From IMG/VR virus record IMGVR_UViG_3300050821_001198, positions 1-64,000 of that record: a DNA stretch of 64,000 nt; one strand, written 5' to 3'. Positions 25,377-36,346 of this stretch are shown piece after piece (the stretch's first letter is position 1; each line of letters opens with the position of its first letter). Origin of the DNA: a virus. Made by a program: the position numbers and the translations under genes. Under the pieces are notes generated by a model. The model saw nothing but the letters and a program-made list of their open reading frames with translations. It was not told the origin of the DNA and did not search any database.

Positions 25377-26446
25377 AAGCCGTCGCCCCAGAGGCCCATC
25401 AGCCGCTTGAAGTACACGTCGTACTTAGCGCCGACGACCTCCGTGCTGAATCTGGCTTGTGCGTGATTCCGGATCTCCGCGTTGTTGAGATACTGAAGCT
25501 GGCCGGTAGCCGCCTCAAACTCCTTCAGCGTCCGACAGCGGAACCCGTCTACACCGTCCCTCACGGTCTCTGTGAAGGCTCCCCAATCCGTAGTGAGAAC
25601 GGGGGTGCCGCAGAGCATGGCTTCCGCCACGACGCCGCCAAACGGCTCTAGGTAGAGCGTGGGGCACAATAGGGCCTTGCAGGACGAGAGTAGTTGCCCG
25701 CGAGTCTCTGTGTCGGCATACCCGACGTACTCAACATGATCGTGCTGAGGTCTATCTCCGCCGGTCCCCGCCACGATAAGCTTTGCTCCGAGACGCCTGG
25801 TCAACTCGATGGCGATGTCGTAACCCTTGCGAGGGGTCATTCGAGACATGAAGAGGTACGATTCTGAATCGCCGTTGAGGCGGCGCTCAGGAAACTCGTC
25901 TGCGTCGTAGTAGTTCGGGATGACTGCATCATAGAACCGACCATCCGCCGACGACGGTCCCATCTTCCCGTACACAGTGTGCATCCATGCGTAGCTCTCG
26001 AACACGCGATAGGGCGCGTACACACCCTCATAGCCAATCCCGTACTCCACCGACATGTTCGACGGGAAACTCTCGATGATGCTAGCCTGGGGACTCCCGG
26101 TGATGAAGCAGATGAAGTCCTGAGGTTCGATGCGCTCGCTGATCTCTGCAATGACCCGATGGTTGAAGCTCCGCCAATAGGGAAGCTCACTATTCCAATC
26201 GAGCCCGAACCACTCCTTATTGACCCACCACGGATACTTCCGAAATTGTCGCTGCTGTGCGTCTAGTGAGAGCACGGGAATGTGCTCCGTGCATTCCGCC
26301 TCGTTTCGCCCCGATGAGTACAGGAAGACCTCGTAGCCGCGACGAGTCATCATCGTGGCGAACTTGCGGACCTTAGCCGTATAGGCGCACTGGTTGTAGT
26401 CGGAGGTCGTCTCGGTGTGAGGGAGTCCGATTACGTGGAGGCGCAC
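25367..26446 (-). CDS. glycosyltransferase family 4 (GT-B)
   Basis: SRMTPRKG, YLEPFGGVVAEAMLCGTPVLTTDWGAFTE. Confidence 0.92.
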   Translation of the reverse strand: MRLHVIGLPHTETTSDYNQCAYTAKVRKFATMMTRRGYEVFLYSSGRNEAECTEHIPVLSLDAQQRQFRKYPWWVNKEWFGLDWNSELPYWRSFNHRVIAEISERIEPQDFICFITGSPQASIIESFPSNMSVEYGIGYEGVYAPYRVFESYAWMHTVYGKMGPSSADGRFYDAVIPNYYDADEFPERRLNGDSESYLFMSRMTPRKGYDIAIELTRRLGAKLIVAGTGGDRPQHDHVEYVGYADTETRGQLLSSCKALLCPTLYLEPFGGVVAEAMLCGTPVLTTDWGAFTETVRDGVDGFRCRTLKEFEAATGQLQYLNNAEIRNHAQARFSTEVVGAKYDVYFKRLMGLWGDGFYE

Positions 26447-26452
26447 AAGGAA

Positions 26453-26481
26453 ATCGTAACAGGCGGGTCGCGCCGTGTCAA
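26453..26481 (-). promoter_or_regulatory. promoter TTGACA-N17-TACGAT
   Basis: GTG 6 nt downstream. Confidence 0.72.
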
Positions 26482-26482
26482 G

Positions 26483-28186
26483 TTACGCCACGCGGACAAC
26501 GCTGAGATAGTTATTGGTGCTGTCGTTACCGTCAGGGTATCCAGATGTCGTTACATTGGTCTGGAACCAAAGCTCAAGGTAGTCACCGGCATTACACAAG
26601 AGGATATCTGAGATTGCGAGAGCCGTTAGAGACCCGGCGGCCCCCGCTGCCGTTGCCATGCACACTCCATGTGTGACGACGGTACCATTCTGGTAAATCG
26701 CAAGGTAGTTCTGAGCGCCGCCCGCTACCGCTGTATTCAAGAGAATCTGTCCACTGACCTGGTAATAGCCCGCAACACGACAACTGTACCGATGATTCGT
26801 GAGACTCCAGTTGCCGCCCGGGTCATAATCAACCGTATCAAACGCGATCTTCTGCCATCCACTACCGTAAGCCGAGGGAGTTGAAGCTACATGTGCTCGC
26901 CCAATAGTGTTCGACCCTATTAGGGGTCCTTGGTTCTGCTGGGTCTTCAGCGCCTCTGTAGGGTTAGAGGCGTAGTAGTTGGCGATTCCAGCAAAATCGT
27001 AGGCCGCTACGATCCCTGTACCCGCCGAGTTAGGATGAATCTGATCGGTCTCCGTGAAGTAGTACACATTCTTGGCGATAGCTGTGTCCGCTCCTGTCGG
27101 CACAATGACGCGACCATCGGAATAAAGAGCGGCAACCGCCTGTAGCGCACTAAGCACAGATGCGACCCCCGCGTCATTCAGCGCGTATGGACGGGTCAAC
27201 CCCTCTACTGAATATCCGGTGCTTGTCAATCGTAGCGGTGGCTCCAGAATCACAAGCGGTGGCACATCCGCCTCAATACCCCACCAGTCGAAGAAGACAC
27301 CCTTGGTCTGAGCGTTGGTGAATGTAAGTGTGACATTCTGAGCCCCCGCAGCTAGAGTCCCGGCCGGTACGCGAATAGTCGCAGTTCCGTAATGAGCATT
27401 GGTGGTGGTATTGTTGAAGGCTGCCCAGATAGTACCCAAGTTGATCGTATTGCCGATGGGGTTACCTAGGTGATCCGTGGCCGCAATGGTACCCGCAAAC
27501 CCCGTAGGCCACGGTGTCGCGTCATTGATGATAGTGCCAAAGCACACGCCTTCACCGTTGTAGTCCGAGGGCAACGCGATAGTAATTGTGGCGGAGGCGG
27601 AGGCTGTTCGGTGAGCCGTTGTCCCAGAACTCTGAGTATTGGCGGTGAACGTGCTGGTTGTCCATGTTCCGGTCGAATAGGTAACCGTGGCATCGCCATC
27701 CTCGAAGACCTCTGCACAGCGAATCCGATCCACCGCCGCCTGCATGGCCGCCTCGAAAACTGTCGTGAACCCGGACCCAAACATGCCGTAGTCGTTGATG
27801 CCGTAGATAAAGAGAACAGCCCCCAAGTTGGTGACATACGGTGCTCCCGAAAGGGTGGGCGAGAAGGTAGAGTAGATTGTCGGCCAGCCGCCTGTGGCTG
27901 CTGCTCCTGATAGGCCGGACCCGTTCTCAAGGCAGATGCACGAGCCGCCTATCCCGTAGTTAGACTCAGTGGCACCCATCGCTTGAGCGATACGTGTCGA
28001 TTGCCTGTCGTTGACCGAGTAGGCGGGAGTAGCGTTCGTGAGGCCATTACCCTGAGCGTATGAGTGTCCAAACACCATCAGGTTCTTGGGAAGCGCGGGA
28101 ATTGTTCCCGTAGGCCCGGTCGGCCCGGTTGGGCCGGTAGGTCCAGTTGGACCGCCTGTGCCTGTTACTAGAGTGGAAGTTGCCAT
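26483..28186 (-). CDS. tail fibre/spike with SGNH hydrolase and C-terminal C1q-like domain
   Basis: FGHSYA, GIGG, GIND, DQIHPN; FDTVDYD...Y.C..AGYYQV...GDYLEL; short GPT repeat. Confidence 0.8.
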   Translation of the reverse strand: MATSTLVTGTGGPTGPTGPTGPTGPTGTIPALPKNLMVFGHSYAQGNGLTNATPAYSVNDRQSTRIAQAMGATESNYGIGGSCICLENGSGLSGAAATGGWPTIYSTFSPTLSGAPYVTNLGAVLFIYGINDYGMFGSGFTTVFEAAMQAAVDRIRCAEVFEDGDATVTYSTGTWTTSTFTANTQSSGTTAHRTASASATITIALPSDYNGEGVCFGTIINDATPWPTGFAGTIAATDHLGNPIGNTINLGTIWAAFNNTTTNAHYGTATIRVPAGTLAAGAQNVTLTFTNAQTKGVFFDWWGIEADVPPLVILEPPLRLTSTGYSVEGLTRPYALNDAGVASVLSALQAVAALYSDGRVIVPTGADTAIAKNVYYFTETDQIHPNSAGTGIVAAYDFAGIANYYASNPTEALKTQQNQGPLIGSNTIGRAHVASTPSAYGSGWQKIAFDTVDYDPGGNWSLTNHRYSCRVAGYYQVSGQILLNTAVAGGAQNYLAIYQNGTVVTHGVCMATAAGAAGSLTALAISDILLCNAGDYLELWFQTNVTTSGYPDGNDSTNNYLSVVRVA

Positions 28187-28195
28187 GACCGGAAC

Positions 28196-28857
28196 CTAGG
28201 AATACGTCGCAATTGCGCCTACGAGACTTAGGCCAGAGGTATGCGGGGTAAACGTGCAGGTTGGGGTCACCGTTGTATTGACGATTTGATACCCCATACC
28301 GAAAAAGTCGTTGTTCGTATCTCCCGTTGCGATGTCAACCCATCCGCTCGACGGGGTGATGGTTGTACCGGCTACTGCGTTCCCAGCAAGGCTCGCTACA
28401 GCGACGAGAAGTTCCGGCGAATGCGCCGTTGTAGCACAGTTTACCGTGACACTAGCCGTTCCTGTGCCGGTCGCTGTTTTATCAAGCGTTGGTCCGGTTC
28501 CAAGCACCAACAGGAGGGTGAACCCCCAATTGCCGCTAGATGAAGCGGGCGTGATTGTCCAAGTGCTGCCTTTGGCAAGCGCAGTTGTAATTGTCGCGCG
28601 AAAGATGTGAGCAACAGGGCCGCCCGCATTCTCAACTACATCTAGGTGATATGTATTGCCCCCGGCATCAGCTATCTCAGACGTTGTAAGACTGACGCCG
28701 CCGCCTGACTTAGCGCCTGCGATCAATGTGGCACCTACCGGAACAGGAGATGTCAATGTGCAACTGAGGGAGGTAACGTTTGTTTCCGTGTAAGCGTTGC
28801 CAGGGGTTGAAACGAAGCGCGGGCGATGAGGTTGAAAGGGCGCTCTGCGACGAGTCA

Positions 28858-28885
<28 letters not shown>
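28196..28885 (-). CDS. Thr/Ser/Gly-rich minor tail or virion protein
   Basis: Beta-rich composition, between fibre genes; start uncertain. Confidence 0.65.
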
Positions 28886-31163
<2,278 letters not shown>

Positions 31164-31167
<4 letters not shown>

Positions 31168-31652
31168 GGGGTTGGACTGATAAGAGCGATTGTCCCGATA
31201 ACGGGGAAGTAGTTGTTGGTGTCAGTATCAATGACTTCGATGTTGAAGTCGTACGAGCCCACAGCGAAAACGGACATCTGAGTGCCGGTAAACTTGACGG
31301 CCACGGTACCCTCCGTGCCTCCCATGGTGGCGGCGACGGTCACGCTCGGACCGGACGGGTTACCCGTTGTGGCTATAGTGGCAGAACCCGTCCACCCCGT
31401 AAGGTTGAGCTTATCAAGCGGAGCCCAATTAGTACCTCCGTCCGTGACGGGGTTGTCATTCTCTGCGATCTCATTGAGCGAGGCGTAGACATTCGCATCG
31501 GCACCCGCTACCATAGCGTTGACGGGGTAGGTGCGAAATGGCTGCCAGATTCCGTACCAGACGTACTCAAGATTCCCGTCGAAAAGAGTGATCTGCGTAT
31601 CGAAGGTCCCGCCTACGACACCCTGGAACGCGATATTGGCAGGCTGAATCAT
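31164..31652 (-). CDS. virion adaptor/baseplate-like protein with short carbohydrate-binding-type insert
   Basis: GGTFD...LNLTGWTG...G.V.V...T......G.Y.F.IEV pattern; W....TY..N..V insert. Confidence 0.6.
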
Positions 31653-31693
31653 ACGTAGATTACTCAGCCGCGAGGGCGAGTTTCTACGCGACC

Positions 31694-34600
31694 CTACTTA
31701 TATACCCGTCTCGGCCCGGTCTGTCCGGGTGGTAGTTGCTGCGAGGGCCGAACCTGGCCCGGATCAAGGTAGCCAATGGCGAATCGTGCCTCGCCCGGAC
31801 CGTTGTCGTCCATGGAGAACATGACTTCGGTCCACCCTGTCATCTCGTCCTGCGCCTGTACCTCGCCCGTGCGTGGGGAGCCGTCAGGACGCCTAGCCGT
31901 GACGAGAACATACTGCCCTGCGCCACCCTGCTCCTGCATGTACTCGTCTTCCATCAACTGGACGATCTGTCCATTCTGGTACTGTGCCGCCCACACGAAC
32001 TTAGAGTATGTGCCGGGACTCTGCACGGGGTTGAACGGGCTCGTGGGCTTGGCGCCCGGTACCGAGACCGCCCACGGAGGGGATGGCTGACCGCCATCTG
32101 TGGTGCCCGGTCCCTGCCACTGCTCCCATAGCTGCATCTGCTGGCCGGGGAACGGCGGGATGACGCCCTGGGGCTGTGCTCGCTGCTGCGGCTGAGCCTG
32201 CTGTGCCGGTGGCATCCCCGGAAGCGGCTGCTGACCCTGATCGGCCGGGAACATGTCCCCGTTAGGCATGAACGTACGTGGGCCGCTGGGAGCCTCTCTG
32301 ACGCCAATCGGCGCTGGGGCGGGTGCTGGGCCGCCTTTCGGCGCTCCTGGCCCCGGAGGGCCTCCTGGCTGCCCTGGGAGCCCGGGTGGACCGCCTGGGG
32401 CTGGAGCCGGTTGCCCAGAGGGTCCCTGTTGCTCGTCATCGTCGTCTACAGGGGCTGAGAGGCTCTTCCAGTATAGCGCGAGAACGTGAGAGCACGGACG
32501 CTGCTCGTACTTCTTCCACTTGCGAGTGCGATCAAATGAGAACTGAGCCCATGGGCACTGGCAGTTGTGAACATTCACCCCATAGACACGGAATGAGTGA
32601 TCCTCTTCGACCTCCATGTCAAACACGGGGCCGTCGTAATCCTCGAAGGTAACGCTCTCGATCTTATACCAAGACTTGCCATCGCGGACGAACCGAGGAT
32701 TGCAGCGAGCGCCGGTCGCCCACCGCACTCGGTAAATCCGTCGCCAGTTCTTGACGAATCCATTACCACTGTTCTCGTCATTCCATGTAAGCGAGGTAGC
32801 ATGACCGAGACGATCAAGAATAAGGCGAAGCTGATGTGCCATCGACCCACTTGTTGTGATGATAGAGGTTCGATTGCCGTCTACATGGCCGTCGCCCGCG
32901 ACATAGGCATCGATAAAAGCCCTCTGGACGGCCAACGGGGCTCGAAGTAGGGAAGGATGAAGTTGCTTCAAATGAGACCCGGTTCCTACCGCCTCTGTCA
33001 CAAGGGCTCGTAGACCCCCGTCCGATACTCGGAAGTCTGTCGTGTCCATACGATCCGTTCCGGGCCATGTATTCATGCGAATGGTCCCCGGCGTCCCGAA
33101 CTTACGTTCGATGATCTCAGATAGCTTCTTGGCGATGGGTCGCTCGTCCCGATGCATACTAAAACCGATCCGATTCTTTGTTGCCTTGATCACGAACCCT
33201 TCAGCCGCATACCATCCCAAGACGGTCCCCATATCCTCATCGATAGTGACGCCAGCAATCACGCAAGTCTCTTCCTCCTGAATCGGAGTGGATGACAGAT
33301 AGCCACCCGCTTGAAGCTTGTTTGCCTGCTCCCACCCGAACCTCGGGTTTAGCGGCCCCTCCCCAAGCTTGATCTTGCCGCGCCAACCAACACAGTCTTG
33401 CAGGTAGTAATCGTCGTTGGCCGACCAGAACTGGTGGTCCTCGGTGCAGACAATAGGCTCATCCACCCCCTGAAGCTTGATTGTCGCCAGCCGCCCTCGG
33501 TAGGGCTTTGACCAATGAGTAAGAACAGCCCGCGAGTTACCCTCATGAGTGAGAACGTGGTCGCCAACACCGATATCCTTGATTGCACGTCGAGTCCCGT
33601 CTGCCATTGTGACAGGGGCATCGGGGAGGAAACAATGCCAGTTGGTGATCACCCGTGACTCCGGGTCCTGGCGGCCGATCTCTACCTCGTACTGACCGTG
33701 GTCGCCCTGCACGGTGCCAACGATGTTCGTGGTGCCGTTGCGGAGTAGGATGACCTGATTACCCTGGATGAGCCGCTTGGCCTTCTCCATGATGTCGTTC
33801 CAGTCTGCCGTCTTGATAGCGCTCTCCCGCCGTTGAACGGCTATGCGCCTAATCCGTTCTGGTGGGATTGGCTCAACTACCCGCCATCCTGAACTCATCA
33901 GCGAAGTGCCAGCCTTACCTCCCGGTAAGAAGTTTTCAGGATCTTCGTATATCGGTCCAGTTGGTTCAACTCGGTAGACATTTGCTTGATCGCCCCCGTA
34001 TAAGCCAGCCTGATCAGGATCAACATGAGCATATGCCATCGTAGGGTGATAGGATTGATTGCGTACCCCTTCGACTTCGCTGAAGTTACCAGGATGTCCT
34101 ATCTCAGAAGCCGGTTGTACGACGTCACCAGGATTGAGTAGAGCATTGGTGCCATGGTAAAAAGGTCCTTCACCCTCATAGGGATAGAAAGGTGATTCAT
34201 CGGTTGGTGGCGGTGTAATACGTCGCATTCCTATCGTTCTGCGACGGGTATTCGGAACGTTTGCGCCAGGGGCATAGTAACTCTCATATGCCCATTGGGA
34301 TGGGTCCATCAACTCTAGGCGATCAGGGGATATCGGCTGAGTCGTCATAGCGGCATCTTCAGGAGGGGATCCCAAGTATGGGTCACCTACAAGAGGTAAA
34401 CCCTCATGACGAACGCGCCACACATCATAGGGGACATGGAAATCAAAGTACTTCATCGCAGCATAATCGTGAGCACTATGTTCATCGCCCCAAAGATAAT
34501 TGCCCTCTGGTGCCTCGATACTCGCATCGGCACCCCGAGCGTGGTCCAAACCATACTGGAGGATGCTATCACGGGAATCAGAGGGCGCAACGTGGTACAT

Positions 34601-35191
34601 CACCTGTGGTGTGCTTGATATTCGGCTCGGATTACATTCTGGGCAACTAGGATTTACCTCAGATGATTCACCTTCATGATATCCCAATTGGTGTGCCAAG
34701 GTTTGCGCTGGTCCTCCGCTAGCCCACGATACATACCGTTGATAATGAGGATGGTCAGGTGGGACTATTTCGGGGCCTGGATGCTGTCCACTTGTCGTGT
34801 CTACGATAGTTCCATCTGGCGCTACATTCCAAGAATGATCGCCGGGGCCAAGTCTTGGACGTACATAGAAACCCGCATCTTGTCTCAGATGCGGCCATTG
34901 ACGTGCTACGGCACTGGCTAGTTCGTAGCACTCTTCCTTGGCTCGATATTTGGCTAATTCATCGCGTGACGGGATCACCTGTGGTGTGCCCGGGTCATAC
35001 TCGCTATCCTCCGTTGGCTCATCCGGCATCTCGGTCTCGGCCAGCTTATACCCATGGTACGCTAGCTCGATCTCCGCGACCTCTCGAAGCGGTCCTCGCG
35101 AGAACACGATCACGCCCTGATCCGTCTTGAGACAGGAAGCGTGCTGAGTGAACCCGATGCAAGGGCGATCTAGGATCTCTTGAAGTTCCAC
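31694..35191 (-). CDS. modular polyprotein: papain-like domain, ART domain, Arr-like ART domain, intein-containing SWIM domain, Pro/Gln linker, C-terminal domain
   Basis: CYELA..GDHSW..IVDTT; MYHVA..SILQYGL..YLW..VWRV..ISPDRL; GPFYHGT..AYA..VYRVEPTG..EDP; WH|CQCP..PCSH. Confidence 0.8.
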   Translation of the reverse strand: MELQEILDRPCIGFTQHASCLKTDQGVIVFSRGPLREVAEIELAYHGYKLAETEMPDEPTEDSEYDPGTPQVIPSRDELAKYRAKEECYELASAVARQWPHLRQDAGFYVRPRLGPGDHSWNVAPDGTIVDTTSGQHPGPEIVPPDHPHYQRYVSWASGGPAQTLAHQLGYHEGESSEVNPSCPECNPSRISSTPQVMYHVAPSDSRDSILQYGLDHARGADASIEAPEGNYLWGDEHSAHDYAAMKYFDFHVPYDVWRVRHEGLPLVGDPYLGSPPEDAAMTTQPISPDRLELMDPSQWAYESYYAPGANVPNTRRRTIGMRRITPPPTDESPFYPYEGEGPFYHGTNALLNPGDVVQPASEIGHPGNFSEVEGVRNQSYHPTMAYAHVDPDQAGLYGGDQANVYRVEPTGPIYEDPENFLPGGKAGTSLMSSGWRVVEPIPPERIRRIAVQRRESAIKTADWNDIMEKAKRLIQGNQVILLRNGTTNIVGTVQGDHGQYEVEIGRQDPESRVITNWHCFLPDAPVTMADGTRRAIKDIGVGDHVLTHEGNSRAVLTHWSKPYRGRLATIKLQGVDEPIVCTEDHQFWSANDDYYLQDCVGWRGKIKLGEGPLNPRFGWEQANKLQAGGYLSSTPIQEEETCVIAGVTIDEDMGTVLGWYAAEGFVIKATKNRIGFSMHRDERPIAKKLSEIIERKFGTPGTIRMNTWPGTDRMDTTDFRVSDGGLRALVTEAVGTGSHLKQLHPSLLRAPLAVQRAFIDAYVAGDGHVDGNRTSIITTSGSMAHQLRLILDRLGHATSLTWNDENSGNGFVKNWRRIYRVRWATGARCNPRFVRDGKSWYKIESVTFEDYDGPVFDMEVEEDHSFRVYGVNVHNCQCPWAQFSFDRTRKWKKYEQRPCSHVLALYWKSLSAPVDDDDEQQGPSGQPAPAPGGPPGLPGQPGGPPGPGAPKGGPAPAPAPIGVREAPSGPRTFMPNGDMFPADQGQQPLPGMPPAQQAQPQQRAQPQGVIPPFPGQQMQLWEQWQGPGTTDGGQPSPPWAVSVPGAKPTSPFNPVQSPGTYSKFVWAAQYQNGQIVQLMEDEYMQEQGGAGQYVLVTARRPDGSPRTGEVQAQDEMTGWTEVMFSMDDNGPGEARFAIGYLDPGQVRPSQQLPPGQTGPRRVYK
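32564..33634 (-). mobile_element. intein (357 aa) with LAGLIDADG homing endonuclease
   Basis: Starts CFLPDAPVTMADG; CTEDHQF block B; LGWYAAEG and FIDAYVAGDG; ends VHN followed by Cys+1. Confidence 0.93.
34599..34989. repeat. perfect 16-bp direct repeat ATCACCTGTGGTGTGC at 34599-34614 and 34974-34989
   Basis: Read directly; spacing 375 bp (in frame), both copies encode TPQV. Confidence 0.9.
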
Positions 35192-35209
35192 GTCTATTAC
35201 CAGGCCGTT

Positions 35210-36346
35210 CTAGTAGATCCGAACGCCCAACTGCTTGAGCTTCTCGCCATACCCACGATTCATGATCATCTTGTACGCCAGGTTGCTCGCAGAGAAGTCA
35301 CCCTTACCGGAGGTTTGATCTCTCTGCCGCCGCCGATGGATGACCCCGTAATACTGAACAGCCTTCTCGGGCTCGAACTTGAGTAGGGTGTTCATCTTGT
35401 CGCAGACCTCAAGCGCGTACGTGTAGTCGGCGTGACGCTCTCGTTCAACATCGTGGCTCATACTGTGATCGGGCGGGACGATCCACTTACGGGTCTCAAG
35501 GTCGTACGCGGAACGCAGCCCCGGCTTGTACAGGTCGTGGACCGTCAGCGTCTTCGAGACCACGAACGCCTGGATGTCGTGAGCAGTGCCCGGTAGGAGG
35601 ATACCGTCGAACTCCTTGACCATGACACCGATCATCTCGCCACGGGACCACTCGGGGAGCCCTGAGACGAAAAGGCTGATGTCGCAGTCTGAGTGTGCGC
35701 TGTACTGGTACGTAGTAAGAGAGCCTGTGAGGACGAGCTTGAGCCACCTATTCGGACCCTCGTAGCCGTGCCGCTCCAGCGCTCCGTAGATCGTCTTGTG
35801 AATCCAGTCGTTGAGCTTGGGCTTCAACTGTGGGGTGGCGGTATTCGGGGCGATCCATACGGCCGGATCGAGATAGGGCTGGATTGGATCGAGGATATTG
35901 GCGTCCTTGAAGTGCGGTGCCAACACTAACTCCACCACGTTGTGAAGGTTCTTCTCTAGCAATTCGGCCTGACCTTCGTCTAGATCAAGCTCGTGCGGGA
36001 GCTTGACATCTACCTTCACGTCCTTGGGAGTGATCTCCGTGTCGTACACAGCGTCGGGTGTTTGACACTCAGTCTCAAGGGCGGAAACCTTGACCTTATG
36101 CCAACCCGGTGCCTTCACGTCCCACTCATAGTCCTCGCTGCCCACGTCGATCTTGTAGTTCGGGTACTCCTTCTCGGCCGCCTTCTGGACCTTGCTGAAC
36201 AGTTCGGTCGGATCAGCGTCACCTAGGACGATCTGGACCTTCTTCTCGGCATCATTGACGTAGATCTCTCCGTAGTCAATCGACTCGCCCACCTGATGCT
36301 TGAGGCTATCCATGCCAGTCCGCCAATCTCGTATCTCCGCCGCCAT
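35210..36346 (-). CDS. protein with C-terminal Pol-beta-type nucleotidyltransferase domain
   Basis: LVLTGSLTTYQYSAHSDCDISL (GS...DxD), YDL....W. Confidence 0.75.
   Translation of the reverse strand: MAAEIRDWRTGMDSLKHQVGESIDYGEIYVNDAEKKVQIVLGDADPTELFSKVQKAAEKEYPNYKIDVGSEDYEWDVKAPGWHKVKVSALETECQTPDAVYDTEITPKDVKVDVKLPHELDLDEGQAELLEKNLHNVVELVLAPHFKDANILDPIQPYLDPAVWIAPNTATPQLKPKLNDWIHKTIYGALERHGYEGPNRWLKLVLTGSLTTYQYSAHSDCDISLFVSGLPEWSRGEMIGVMVKEFDGILLPGTAHDIQAFVVSKTLTVHDLYKPGLRSAYDLETRKWIVPPDHSMSHDVERERHADYTYALEVCDKMNTLLKFEPEKAVQYYGVIHRRRQRDQTSGKGDFSASNLAYKMIMNRGYGEKLKQLGVRIY

Noticed and set aside
33870-34170. Calling the Arr-like module a rifampicin resistance gene
   Set aside because: It is an embedded, divergent domain and its substrate cannot be inferred from sequence
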